DNA from: Callorhinchus milii
Lineage: Eukaryota
Direction of reading: 5' to 3'
Assembly (NCBI RefSeq): GCF_018977255.1
Contig: NW_024704755.1
Location: 5,022,001 to 5,086,000, forward strand
Length of the DNA: 64,000 bases
Both the position numbers and the translations under genes were made by a program. How positions within the stretch are numbered: the first letter of the stretch is position 1; every line of letters begins with the position of its first letter. Positions 36,001 through 49,500 of the stretch are shown here, in pieces. The notes beneath the pieces were generated by a model. It was not told the origin of the DNA and ran no database searches. It was given only the letters and a program-made list of their open reading frames with translations.

Positions 36001-39000
36001 CTTGTGAATAGATTGCTATAACCATCAGCAAGTGTGAAGTGGCAATTAAGTGGAAAATCTTGGGGGTGTATAAGAAGTAATATTGAATTCATAAAAGATA
36101 CTGGTCTGTTCTTGCACCTGGATTACTACTTTCAATTCTGGTCACTATTACAACTATATTCAAAGCCTTCAGATTGCCAGAAGCAAAAACAGGAGATAAT
36201 TATTTAGTAAATGACAAAGAATTTAATTTTGAACCAACCAGGTAGATTACAGTTCTGTGTATTCCTCTGTAAATCTTTTGAGTTGTACAATCTTGTCCGA
36301 TTATTTATTTGGTTCCATTCTGTAAGGTTCTATCATGTAGCATGTGTGCATTGTGTGTTCCACTGCTGTAATAAACAAAAATTCACATTACATACACACT
36401 TCAATTTACTTTTTTCCCCTTTTTCATTTTGTAGCATCCGGGTGGCGAAGAAGTACTCTTTGAGCAAGCAGGAGGTGACGCTACTGAAAGTTTTGAGGAT
36501 GTGGGCCATTCATCTGATGCCAGAGAGATGCTGACACAGTATTGTATAGCAGAACTTGATCCGGTCAGTACAGAGCACGATCCATCTTTGCATTACGGAT
36601 TTTCTAGCTTTCCTGTTCATGTTTACCAAACCTTTTTGCATAAATAATCACATCATTAATTAGTGTTGACAGAATGACTTCTAGTTAGCGCCATTGAAGA
36701 CCATGTGCCTTTGATGTCCTTTACTGCGGTTGTAACTGATGAAATGTTAGGACAAAATGCAAGCAAAAGCAACTTCGAAGCCCACCTGAACACCTATCTT
36801 TTTGACTGTGCTTTTAGTCATCTTGCATGTTAAAACATTCCATGGCACAATTTTACAAGATAAGGGAGCTTTTTTCCAATGTCCTGGACAACAATATCAC
36901 AGATAACATTAGTCATTTTACTTCAGGGTCCTGTGCAAATTGCCTGCCGCATTTGCCTACAAATAAGCGGGGTGGGGAGCGTACAGAGGAGTCCTTGATT
37001 CTACCATCTGTGCTGCGCTTTGCCAGCCAGCAAACACCCAGTACTTTCAGAGTACACTGACAAAGTGGAGCATGTAAAAGAAAGTGTCAGAGATCAGAAA
37101 AAAAAATTAGCTGAGACATGGTTGTAAGTTATATTACAACATGGGGATCAAAAGGAGTATTTTTTTAAAAAGTCTTTCTCCAGTAAAATACTGTAACTAC
37201 AATTTACAATGGGCAGAATGCCCTTCTTCTGTGCCGTGAACATCTATGGTTCTGTACTAAAGTGCTGAAAGAATCTATCGTGCTTTGTGCATTTGGCTTG
37301 ATTATTTAAGGTCTTTATGCCTTTTTTTTTCTTTAACAGGCTGATCGAAAAAAAGAAAATTCCAAGGTAAGGTAATAAATGGCAAGCGAGAACATCTAGT
37401 GAGAATCATGTGCTTATCAGCTCTTTAATAATAATAATAATCCTTGGATTTGATATAGCACTTTTCACGTCTTCTCGACGTCTCAAAGCGCTTCACAGAA
37501 TAGAATGTAAAGTGAATCGAGCGTATATTTGTGGGCGAAACGCGGCAGCCAATTGCGCACAGCAGTGTCCCACAAACAGTCGTGGATTGAAGTGACCAAT
37601 TTATTATTTTTTGTTTTGGAGGGATTATTATTAGGCGTGTGGAGTCAATTTAAAAGTAAACTTGCCCAAAGTTTTGCCCTGCCTGGAATTGAACCCAGGT
37701 GTCTCGCTTGCAAGGCAAGTGCTCTAACCACTGAGCTACAGGACTCCATGATCAAACAAAATCCAGATCAAACAAAATTACAACAACCACAACAATTTTT
37801 TTATGCATTCATGCCAGTGGCAATGCAGTGAAAACACTTTTTATTGATGTTTCTAATTTGGCAGAAAACAACCAATAACAGTTTTTTTGTCTCAGATCCC
37901 ACTGGAAAATAAAAAAGATTCAACATTCATTCGCTTATTGCAAATAATTTAGATTGTCAATTTAAAAGAAGCATTCTATTTGAAAGTTATATAGTTCTGT
38001 CAATCTGAGACTGAGGCAGTCCCTTTGTGTACATATTCTGGCCTCAGCAATCTAGATCTGGAAGAAATTTATCTGACAAAGAACATAATTTTAGCGAGGA
38101 GAGATAACACACAAGTCCCTACACGACTCTCCCTCTCCATAAAGGCTGATTGCAACAACTACCCCAGCTAAATGAGCATAGATGTTTATGCAAATATGCT
38201 GTCTTTTGGCAACCTTTATTGTTCAGTGTGCCTCCTGCATTCTTGTACAAGTTGTTAATTTATGCACTATAAGATATAAAATGTGGTCATTAAGTTTTAA
38301 TTTAATCTTGGTTTTCTCGTGTATGCTTGAATGTCTCTATCTGGATTTATGATAGTGTTAGAACCGTTCCACTGAATGCTGTTAGTTTGACATGTTCTTG
38401 GTTCTCAATCAGTTGCGTGAAGCATTTTGAGATGTCCTCCCAAAATAAAATACATTCTTATAAAAAGGCAAGAATAAGAACAGCAATTTATATTTATAAG
38501 TTACAAGACCCAAGTATTAATATGTTTTTTGTTTCTTGTTCTCCTACAGGATGTTTTAATCACCACATCATCAAGCCATTCCAGGTATAGTACATTTCAA
38601 ACTTTATCTGTAGACTTGCATGAGTTTAAGGCGTATGACAAGTCCTGTGGAGTCCTGTAGCTTACTGGTTAGAGCACTCGCTTTGCAAGCGAGAGACCTG
38701 AGTTCAATTCCAGGCAGAGGGCGAAACCTTGGGCAAGTTTTCTTACTCCACACACAGCCTAATAATAATCCTTCCAAAAACAATAATAAATTGGTCATTT
38801 TCAATCTACGACTGTTTGTGGGACATTGCTGTGCACAATTGGCTGCTGTGTTTGCCCACAAATATACAGTCAATTCACTTTACAGTGTGTTCTGTAAAGC
38901 GCTTTGGGACGTCCTCCCGATGTGAAAAGCGCTATATCAAATGCAAGGATTATTATTATTATTAAAGGTCAATAACATACCAGAACATTTGTTTTATTTT

Positions 39001-39098
39001 CCAGTTGGTGGACAAATTGGCTGATCCCTGCCTTAGCAGCTGCTGTTGTTGGCCTCATGTATCGCTTCTACTTAGTGGAGACCAAAACCTCATCCTGA
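33068..39098 (+). CDS. CYB5B: Cytochrome b5 type B, 143 aa; exons 33068-33214, 36435-36563, 37340-37366, 38550-38584, 39005-39098
   Basis: [63 protein letters not shown] with both heme His ligands; C-terminal anchor [30 protein letters not shown]. 432 nt in frame with GT-AG sites. Position between TERF2 and NFAT5 identifies the B paralog. Confidence 0.93.
33562..33908 (+). mobile_element. tRNA-derived SINE, GC-shifted copy, CYB5B intron 1
   Basis: Same family as 5587-5903 with many A/T->G/C differences. Confidence 0.92.
35278..35835 (-). mobile_element. L2 LINE ORF2 C-terminal fragment, CYB5B intron 1
   Basis: [51 protein letters not shown]; homologous to 30460-31040. Confidence 0.92.
37426..37747 (-). 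mobile_element. tRNA-derived SINE, CYB5B intron 3
   Basis: Reverse complement of the family: ends ...CACTGAGCTACAGGACTCC; (AAT)n tail at the left. Confidence 0.92.
38649..38963 (+). mobile_element. tRNA-derived SINE, CYB5B intron 4
   Basis: GGAGTCCTGTAGC head through (ATT)n tail. Confidence 0.92.
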
Positions 39099-39546
39099 AG
39101 CATTTAGTTTGGGGGGAGGGTCTTGATGGGGTGTGCCTACTCGTTCATATTTCGTTGTTCCTCTTTGTCTTCAAATAATGTTTATATCAAATATTGGAAG
39201 CGCAATACTATACAATTATGTGCTTAAATTTGACTGAACACCTGCTGGGACTTCATTGTGATCATTGTTTTCTATTCCTTACACAAAATAGTATAGTAAT
39301 TTGTCAGTTTTACAGTATAAATCTTCAGCAATGAGAAGTATATAATGTTTAGTGCTTTTATTTGGAACAGATTCCCCCCCCTCCCCATTTCTGACTTCCA
39401 ACAAAAAGAGAAACACATCAAAGTTCACCTTTGAATAAACAGCTATTTTACAATACAGTATCAACAAACTGTTTGTAACACTGGTGCTGCATGTTTTCTG
39501 TTTTGAATCTCTGGCAAACACTTGGTTCTTGGCTACAATACAATTT

Positions 39547-39577
<31 letters not shown>

Positions 39578-41262
39578 TGTCCTATTTGAAGTTCAATCCC
39601 AAACTTCTCTCTTACCTTTCACCCTCCTCCCCCACCCCCCCCCCGCTACCCCCCACCCCCAAACAAATAAAGTAACTGACGACACTGGCAGAGATTTACT
39701 TTAAAGAAATCATAGATCTTGATGAACATGTAGTTTATGATGTTGATCTGTAGTTTGTTGAACAACTAAGACTTAACTGAATGTTAAATTTAAGCGTCAC
39801 TCTTATGCATGTTCCCAAATAGAATAGTTTTCAGAAATGATCCCAGGCTAGTGGTGAGTAGAGTAGCAATAGGCCTTCAGAATTCTACCCAACCAGAGTG
39901 CTTTCTTTAAAGATTTCTTTAAAAAGTTCTGTAAATTAACCTACATTTGGAAATAAAAGGTTAAACATTTTTAAAATCACATTGGTGATGCACAAGGTGA
40001 TGGTGATCTCGTGGAATTTACAGAAAACAAGAATAATTATTAATTGACAAAACAATTTCCATCATGAATATGTAGTTGATGGTAATTTCAAAACAGAATC
40101 CCTTTGATTTTGCCAGTTTTTTTTCCTGCTATTCCTGAAGGTAAATTTGACTTTACATTTGACTGGCGATAATCCAGTTACAGACAAATATTAATGTGAA
40201 TTGAAAGCGCTTGGCTAATTTGGGCAATGAAGTACTTGATTGTCTGAAGTTGAGAGGTGTGTGTACGTTTAAGACCCATTGACTAAATTGAGTTGGTTTA
40301 CCAGTTTTTTGATATGCTGTAGTATGGAGGTGGTTCGGTAGGAGACGAAAGGATAAATAATTCAACTTGTCCTGCTTTAAAATCACCTCCTAGTAATTGA
40401 TTGCAGGTCGTGATCACTGAGTATCTATCTGATAGTCTAATCTGTTCCACTTTTTTTACTAAAAGAATCTAAAAGTTCTAGGAGATAGCAAATATAATAA
40501 AATTACTTTATTATAGTCATTGATGATTAATGTGGAACTTTCAATCCAACTGTAACGGTTATCTTGATGGTATGTTACCTCACAAAAAAGTACAGAAAGA
40601 AAGATTTATTTAGAGGGTGCTATAGGGATTAAAGGATGAAAGTGACGTGTCTGTAAGCAATAGAGAAAAAAAAATCCTAAATTTAAAAATAAACTTGGAT
40701 TCGTTGCTTGCAGTAGTGTATAATTTTCCAATGTGTGTTCCTACCATTAGTGTTTCTGTATTAGTCCGGCACGGTTCAGTGAGACACGTTTAAAAATATG
40801 CATGTGTGCATGCACATATAAGTGTGACTAATTGTAGTATTCTTTTCAGCATTTTGGGTCAATTGTCAATCTTAAGACTTGTTGAGGTTTTAACTGAATA
40901 TTTAAATAGATTTTTTTGATCCAACCTATGTAAGCTAAAAGAGGTGTAATTGGTCTTTTTAAAAAAAAAACAAGCTCTTTGTATTGCTTATCCATCTAGG
41001 TAAGATTAATATTTTAAATGTGCTTGCTCAAGTTAAAAATACTGAGATGTTAAAGATGAAAAATGTGAACTAATGTCTAATGTGCTGTATCAAAAATTTA
41101 AATGAGGGCAAATTCAAATGAGTTCCAGTAATAATAATATCAATGATTTGTACTGTTTGAATTGACTATCTTTTGATAACTAAAGCTGAGTTGATAAAGT
41201 TTCAAAAATGCATTTTGTGAAGTTCATTTAAGTGGTGTTCTTTCTCCTTTTACAATGTTTTC

Positions 41263-41281
41263 AATAAATCCTGCTAATAAA
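41263..41281 (+). terminator. Tandem AATAAA poly(A) signals of CYB5B
   Basis: AATAAA at 41263 and 41276 followed by a GT/T-rich element (TTTTGTGTTGTG). Confidence 0.6.
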
Positions 41282-42057
41282 ATTATTCCAGTAACTTTTG
41301 TGTTGTGCCTACACAGTACCATTTAAAACCTTCTCTGCAATACTGATGAGTCTTAAAGGCAAGAAAATGAAGTGTATTGTAAATTATATTTTTTGACCAA
41401 AATTAATTGGCTTCTGTGTGTGCTGCGACTGACACAATATTGGACCTCCAATGAGCCATTTCTAACACGATGGAGACGTGATTACAAAAGCTCAGTTGAG
41501 AAAAGAGAAAAAAAACTTCTTGCAGTTAATGCAATCCACTAAATCTATATATTTTTTAAAAAAGATGTATTTTCTATCTTTTCTCCGGTCCTACAGCAAT
41601 GCTACTAATAAGCTGTCCACTAGGTGGTGCATGAGTGGATGATTGAGAAGACTCGTCCAGGAATTCTCCATCTCTGCCTGTGACAGAAAGTATCCTGCAC
41701 CGTTGCTCTACCACTGAAGGGTTTTTTTTGGCAATTCTGAGCAAGTAACATAGCGAATAGCGATTGTAAATCATCACTTCTTGAATTCAAGACTGCTGTC
41801 ACAAAGGAAACTTGTTTTGTCAATCGTAGCACGTCGAGCAAGTCAGTTAATTTTGGTTTAAAAATATAATTTACAATACCCTTAAGAATGAGTTCAAGTA
41901 GGCCAAGGCCTATATCATTTATCTTGCATCTCTCTTGTAACCTACTGTGGTACTGAGGCTATTCTGATCAGTAAAGTCTCAAATCCATCCATGATTGTTG
42001 TGCAACGTTGCTGTGCGCAATTGGCTGCCGCGTTTCGCCCACAAAGTACAGTTAATT

Positions 42058-42435
42058 CAACAACTTGGATTTATGTAGCGCCCTCCACGCCGGACGGAGT
42101 CTCAGAGCGCTTCACAGTAACGGATCCCGGGACCGAGCCAGAGGGAGGGGGGAGGAAGGTGACCAAAGGCACGGTCGAAAAGAAAAGTCTTCAGCAGAGA
42201 CCTGAAAATAGAGAGGGAGCGAGGCGAAGTGAGTGAGGAAGGGAGTTCCAGAGCCTCGGGGTATAGTGGCTGAAGGCACGGTCGCCGATGGTGGAGCGGG
42301 GGACGAGGAGGAGGCCAGACCCGGAGGAACGAAGGCAACGGGTACTGTTTTGAGGAGAGAGGAGGTCAGAGAGTTCGGGGCGGGTGCAGAGGAGCGCAGG
42401 GACTTGGAACGACAAGGAGGGTGAGGATCTTTACA
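42058..42435 (-). mobile_element. L2 3' fragment
   Basis: TIGDRAFSHYTPRLWNSLP and [14 protein letters not shown], plus tail. Confidence 0.85.
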
Positions 42436-42595
42436 GTTGTACCTTTACACTGTACAGTGTAATCCTGGGAAGCGCTCTGGGACGTCTCGGGAGATGCGGT
42501 CGGGCGCTCTTTTATCAAATGCAAGGACTGTTGTTGTTGGATTTGGCTCTGCCTTTGGTTTCCTGTTTACCTTTCATTCTTTCTCCTCCCTCCCT

Positions 42596-42682
42596 CCTTC
42601 CTTCCTTTGCATCCATCCATCCATCCTTCCTTCCTTTGCATCCATCCATCCATCCTTCCTTCCTTTGCATCCATCCATCCAT
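42596..42682. repeat. 29-bp unit x3 (CCTTCCTTCCTTTGCATCCATCCATCCAT)
   Basis: Exact period 29 (TTTGC at 42606, 42635, 42664). Confidence 0.95.
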
Positions 42683-42824
42683 CCCACTCTACCGACCTGC
42701 CCCTTCCTCTGCACCTGAATCCCCAGCCACCCACCAATCAATCTCCCTTCCTGCTTTGGGTCAGGGTGTTGACTTGAGCAGAGGAGGAAAGGGGGTGGTG
42801 GGGGGGTGGAGTGATGATGATGAT

Positions 42825-43507
42825 AGTGGGCTGGCTGCGCAGGCGCAGACCCAGACACCGCGCAGGGGGCGGGGCCGGCCGGTGGGCAATCGGGGTTGCG
42901 CGCGTCGCGTCGAGTCGGCTCGAGCCGTCCGAGCTGACGGGTAACGCGCGCGCGCGCGTGCGTGCGCGTGCGTACACGCCCACGCACGCGCACGCACGCA
43001 CGCCCTCCTTCCCCACCGCACACACACAAACACACACACACAGAGTCATGTACGCACACATTACACACAACACAACACCGGGGTTGGTTCTCTCTCTCCA
43101 GTTCACTTCGCCCAAACCACCCGACAGATAAGACGGACACACACACTCGCCCGCTCACACCCTCGCTCTGAGCCGGGGGCAGACGCTTTAAAACGCACGC
43201 GCGCGTGCGACCGTTTATTTTATTATAACACACACGTTTTTATATATAATACACACACACATATAGATAGAGAGAGAGAGAGAGTGGGGGAGAGAGAGAG
43301 GTAGATATCGAGAGGGTGGGAAAGCGGAAGGCAGGCAGTGCGAGGAGGGAGATTTTCATTGTGTTTTGACGATCCTTCAGAGAGAGAGAGAGAAAAAAAA
43401 ATCAGCGGTTGATTTGAGAACAAGAAGGAGAGGGATTTGAAGGGACTCCGCCTCTCTCTCTCTCCCTCTCTCCCCTCCTCCCTTTCTATCCCTCATTCCC
43501 CCGAGCG
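42825..43507 (+). promoter_or_regulatory. NFAT5 CpG-island promoter and microsatellite-rich 5'UTR
   Basis: NRF1-like TGCGCAGGCGCA 42836-42847, GGGGCGGGGC GC box, (CG)n/(CA)n/(GA)n tracts upstream of the ATG. Confidence 0.7.
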
Positions 43508-46500
43508 ATGCCCTCTGATTTCATATCGCTCCTCAGCGCCGACTTGGATCTCAATTCGCCCAAGAGTTTGTACTCCAAAGGTAAGGCGGCGCTTTAACCT
43601 CAAAGACATTTCTCTCGTGCCGTCGCCAGCGCCAACCGTCGTTTTTTGAACCCCTTTCCTCCCCCCCCATCCNNNNNNNNNNNNNNNNNNNNNNNNNNNN
43701 NNNNNNNNNNNNNNNNNNNNNNNNNNNNNNNNNNNNNNNNNNNNNNNNNNNNNNNNNNNNNNNNNNNNNNNNNNNNNNNNNNNNNNNNNNNNNNNNNNNN
43801 NNNNNNNNNNNNNNNNNNNNNNNNNNNNNNNNNNNNNNNNNNNNNNNNNNNNNNNNNNNNNNNNNNNNNNNNNNNNNNNNNNNNNNNNNNNNNNNNNNNN
43901 NNNNNNNNNNNNNNNNNNNNNNNNNNNNNNNNNNNNNNNNNNNNNNNNNNNNNNNNNNNNNNNNNNNNNNNNNNNNNNNNNNNNNNNNNNNNNCTAAGCT
44001 AAATTTATTTGGAGAGAGGGAGCTTTATTTTCATTATGTATATGTATACATATATATATTGTGTGTGTGTGTTTATGTGCGCGTATATATACATATGTGT
44101 GTGTGTGTCCGTATTTTTTGTTAAGGCCGTGAGGTTTGGTGGAAGGGGGTTTGATTCATCGTATGGTTTATTTCTCTCCTTTTTTTTTGCTTCTTTCCTG
44201 GTTTCCCCCCTCCCTTTTTTTTTAGTCAGTGCGCGTGAAGCAAATTAAAATTGATATCGTGATTTATTATTGTTTTTATCACTCCCCCCCCCACCCCACC
44301 CACCCCACACAAACACAGAGAGAGAGAGAGAGAGGAGAGAGAGGGAGGGAGGAAGAAGTGGGAGGATGCAAATTTCTGTTTGGGTGAATTCGACCCTTTC
44401 CCTCCCTCCCTCGGTGTTCGACCCAACTTTGGACGTGCAAAAGTGCTTTGATTGACGGCCTAATCCACCCTTCGAGGGGGGGAGTCGGCTCCGAGTGAGC
44501 CGTCATTCGGGAAGACGGGGCTTGGGGGAGCACGAGGCGCCAATGGCGGGCGTTGAGAGGCAACGCTTTCCTTTTGAAACGAAAGTTAGGTCGACAAGAC
44601 GTGTTTACGTCTCTCTCTCTCTGTGTGTGTGTGTCTGTGTGTGTGTATATATATGTTTTGTACAGAGCACTTGGAACCAGTGCTGCAAAACAAAACAACA
44701 ACAAAAAAAAACACCGGCACGGTTTGCACTGAGAGAGCACAGCCCGTTTCCTGTGCGATCTGATCCCGGCCAATAATCCTCCACATAACATTTTGTCGTC
44801 GTCGTCGTCGTCGTCCCGACTCGCAACAGCACCGGGTTACTAAGGGCGGGTGGGAACCCGGAACAGCGAGACGACAGCCGAGGAGGGGTGTAAGTACCCG
44901 CTGGGCCCACCCCTCTTTACAGACCCGCGCACTCGCAAGAGCCCTCCAACCCCCCACTCCCCCACACACCCTCACACTGACCATTAACCTGGGTACAGCC
45001 ATACAGACCCGAGCCTCCTGCTGCCTGGCCCCAGTGTGCACCCTTCTCAGCCCGACCCCAGGACCCCGGTGGGGGGGGGGGGAGGGAGGAGGGGGGTGGG
45101 AGGTGGAGACGTTGACACTTCCTTCAGGTGTCACTTGGAATTCTGGCATAAAAGTGGAATTCCGGCACCAAGACCCACGGTACACGGCCGTGTGCCACAC
45201 GTGGTGAGCGTCTCGGGTGTTGCTCGCAATGATTTTGCATGAAAAGGTGAGAGAGAATGTATACGTGCGTTGGACTGCAACTGTTGACTCCGCAAGACTT
45301 GGTGGATTCGGGAAAAACCTGACCCAACCTGTTTTTAATTCAGCCCGCACCACTTCCAGCTCCGGAATCTTTTAACATTATTTTTATGACAGTGATATCT
45401 GTCAGGCATTTTGCCAATCTGAATGATTGCCAGGAGGCTGACACAAGATCTGGAGAAGCATCAGGAAGTGTGATCAGCTTCACACACAACTCCGAGACAC
45501 AAGTTCACTTCGCCCTCTTCTCCCTCATACACAGCTCAACGCAGAGAAAATATTAGAGCTCCATCATTAAATGCAGAACCTGACGCGCTCAAACAATTCA
45601 AGTGATTATTGTCATGGTTTATAATCCTTCGAATTCCTTCGTAAAATGTTAACTTTGATAACGCACGTGATCCCTTTTTTAAAATTGTGATCTATTTTCC
45701 CTTTATGGTCCAGGTTGACACTCCAATGTAATGCTGGGAAGTACTGAATTTTAGAGGTAACCTCCTTCAGATCAGGTGTTAAACTGAGGTACTGCCTGTT
45801 CAGGTGGACGTTAAAGATAGCACTATTCAAAAATAAAGTAAGGAGTTTCCCACATTGTACTGGTCAACAATTTCCCCCCCCAGGTAAAATTGGTAATTTA
45901 CCTGATAGCTGTTTGTGGGTAATTGTCGTGCACAAATTGGTTGCCACATTTTTCCACAAATACAATCACTACACTTTACAGTAGATCCTGTGAAGTGCTT
46001 TGAAACATTTCAACGATATGATCAAGTGCTACACCAAATGCAAGTATCATCTTAGAAGCTTGTAGTAATAACATTTTATTATTTGAAGCCTATGATGGAA
46101 TCATTGCAGACACTGGTCAATGTTATTGAAATGTATCTTTTTCAGAATCAATTGGATACTGGATTGCGTATTTGATTCTGCATTGGAAGACTGGGATTTG
46201 AATTGTGACTTCTTCAATTTGAAAGCACTACATTCTAATGTTCTATGTAGTTAATCATACCCAATTATAAGAAAGTACATAAATTGTTAATTGCTAGTTG
46301 CAAGGCAACTTCACAAATTTATGCAAAATGCCTGTCTGAGCTTAATGTGGAAGCTTGATTGACTAGATTTTATTTTCTCTGCTATAGTTCTATCTTGATC
46401 TAGAGACATCCAGTCTGTAACCTTGCAGTTATTCTCCTTTAACGTAGCAATATTCCTGCTTACATGGAAGAGTATTCGGTGCAAACATTTGAGAGCAAAA

Positions 46501-49500
46501 TTTGCTGGGCACGCGATAACAAAGGGGAGGGGCAGGTTACTAAGGAACAGAACCAAGCCAGTGTGTGATAATATGTGTTTAAAAATAGTTTATGGTACAA
46601 GATTAGACTAGTTGTCACTTTGTGCGTAGTAGTAAAATGATTGCCGTATCTGATTTCCGGGACCGTCATGTAAGATGTTGTATGTAAATAGTAGTCAGCT
46701 ATCTACTCTTCATTCATTGCCTTATTTAAAACAAAATCAGTGCTGCTGCTTCCTTAGTGGCTGTCAGTTACACTGCAATTCAATACAAAGATTGAACAAA
46801 ATTTATCTTAAGTTTTCTGTTAAGAAATACTTTGAAGTATGTTGATTTTAATGAGTAAACCTAAAAGTAAAGTGATGCAAAAATATTAGTGTTACTTCAT
46901 CTGTATTGACAAACATTTGTTTGGGGCATTAAACCTGCTATTTAGGGAAACAGGAATGTTTTTGTACATAAAATATTTGTTTGGAAGAAATGTTATCAAA
47001 GAAAATTAGTTTGATAACTTTCTTTTGAAAATTAATGTTCCAGATATTGATGTTCTTTGAAATGAGAACAGAATATCCCCTGCATACATTTGAATCTTCC
47101 CAAAAGTATGCAGTGTGTTACTCTTTCACCCTGTGTAACGCTACCCACACATCTTTGATACAATATCAACCCTCTTTGGTTACAGTAATTTTATATATGG
47201 TACTTATAAAGTGCAAAACCACAACCTCACATTCAGTAACTTTATTGTGGTATTGATAAGTAGATGTAATGTTGGTAATGGTTATTGCAAAAACAGGGTT
47301 GGCAGTTAAAATATTGTGCAAATTGTACTGCTACTGTTTTTTAAAATATTTTTGTACCCAGTTGGGTAGGTGGTGCACATAAAGCCCATTTTGGTTTGTA
47401 TTTTTGTGCAGGTTTGAGTACAAGATGTTGCTCCAAAAATATAGTTTCTGAATTTGTTGATTTTGTTCAAGTTTCAATAGGTCCTTGTACCTTCTGGAGA
47501 AATCGTTTTGTAGAGTGGGTGCCAGCATGTTGTACAAAACGTGTGCATTAACATAGCTTCTTCAAGTGCTTTACAGTACACCATTGAACTCTGAATGGAA
47601 ATAGCTGAAGTACAGCCAAAGAGCTTTTTTCAGTTTTGGCAGTGTTCCAGAAATAGTATGCTGCTGCCACCACCACCACATGCTGTTGTCAATTGATTTA
47701 AATTCCAGCTTCAGAAGGATTAACATCTACAATTGAAATCATAAAAACCTGAAGGCTATTTAAAAAAACAAAAAAACTATAAGCCAGTTCTTTAGAGAGC
47801 TGTAATTTATAATCCTTGATGTTTTAATAGGTTTTAATTATGTTATTTTTCTGTTTGCTGGATGTAACCAGCCTGTCTCCTGGGAGTGTTTACTTTTTTT
47901 ATTGGTCTAGCTCCAGAGGTTTTTGAAGAACAATATTTTAACCTTTTAACATAGAAAAGACAGACAGTTGCCAGACTTGTGTACAGGGTTAAAAGGCAAG
48001 GGCAACTCGTGCATCCAGATTAGATTAACTACAGGCTTGCTAGATTGCTGTTGTTATCCATTTTAGTTTTCTAGCTACAAAAATGACCATAACCTGAGAT
48101 TCACTGATTTACAGTTTAACTTTTGCTGAGAAAAAATAAGTTGCACTTGCATAGCACCCTTCATATATGGCATTTCAGTGTACTTCATAATGAGAGAATG
48201 GGAGCCTGATCAGAGTGGGAGATGGGGAAGAAGAGAGGAGGTGACTGAAGACAATATTTACAATAAAATCACCATAAATATAAAATCAGGATTTGTAGCA
48301 GTTTTGAAGGATTGATCAAACCTCTCTTTAAACAGCTGCTGTTTCAGATATCCAGGAAGTGGCATAGTTAGTGTGCAAAAAGATTTTTTCAGGTAAAAAA
48401 GGAATATTTGGAAATTAACCATGGAAAGAAGTCATTCAATATTTAAATGAGTGCTTGCTTTGGACAAATTTCATTGAAAGTGGTAGTTAGATAAATTTGT
48501 GCTTTGGGTTGTTCTCCCAACGTGAAGTTGCTATATAAATGTGTATTGTATTTTATTTATACTAACAAACAATATAACTTTTGCGTCTGTTTCAAATGAG
48601 CACCTCTAAGCAAACAGTAGGCAAAAAGTATCAGTTCACATTCACACTGCAATAGTAATAGAACTTGTATCTTCAGTAGTTCCAAAGGAAAAGACTAGGT
48701 GTAGTATGTGTGCAATTGATGCATCATTTTTTTGGAGTGCTTTTTTAAAACCAGAACCTTTGTTCACAATGCATTGCTAGTGAAGAATTAAGCAATGCAG
48801 TTAACATATTCTCAAAATTTACCGCTTCATTAGAGTATATGATAATAAGTGGCTGGTTTCAAGTTTAAAGTTGAGTAATTCAGTTGAGCAACTTGTATAA
48901 CCTTTCACATAGGATAACCTCTCAAAGTGCTTCAGAGAGTCGGAGAGGAACCTGAGCAAGATGGGAAGTGGGGTAGGAGGGTGTTAACAGAAAGTACGGT
49001 TGAAACAATAAGTTTTTGGAAGAGTTTTGAAAATGTAAAGAGGATGTGAAGTAGGAGGGAGGGAATCCAGAGAGTACAGTCATAGTGTATGAATGCTTGG
49101 CCTCTAATGTTGGGGGTGAGGGGTGAACAGTTCTAATTTGATTTGTATGGCTTATGAATGTTGACCCAACTGTGAGACTGAGTCAGTGCTTTAAATCACT
49201 GCAAGGTGCTTGTTCAAGTTTCTTAATACAACTGAATTAACAGTAGATTAGTGACCGTAGGAGTGGGACAAGTTCAGTAAACCATTAAACAAATTTGAAT
49301 GCTACCTTACACTCCCTGTTACTTACCTGTTAAACTCCTTCTTCTGTTAGCTCTTTGCAAACCATATATAGCAGATCTCTGCATATTCTAGGTTTTTGGG
49401 TCACTAACTTGCATTAGCTGCTGTTGATGCTGTGATATAACAATATATCTGGGCCCTTGGTCATTAAGAGAAGGCACTATAATATAATTATGTATTTGTT

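Noticed and set aside
42384-45353. Long ORFs around the NFAT5 promoter and start of intron 1
   Set aside because: Microsatellite- and GC-driven frames with no domain signal; one spans the N gap.
46146-46200. Acceptor-like TTTTTCAG followed by a possible NFAT5 exon
   Set aside because: In-frame stop after 18 codons and no clear donor.
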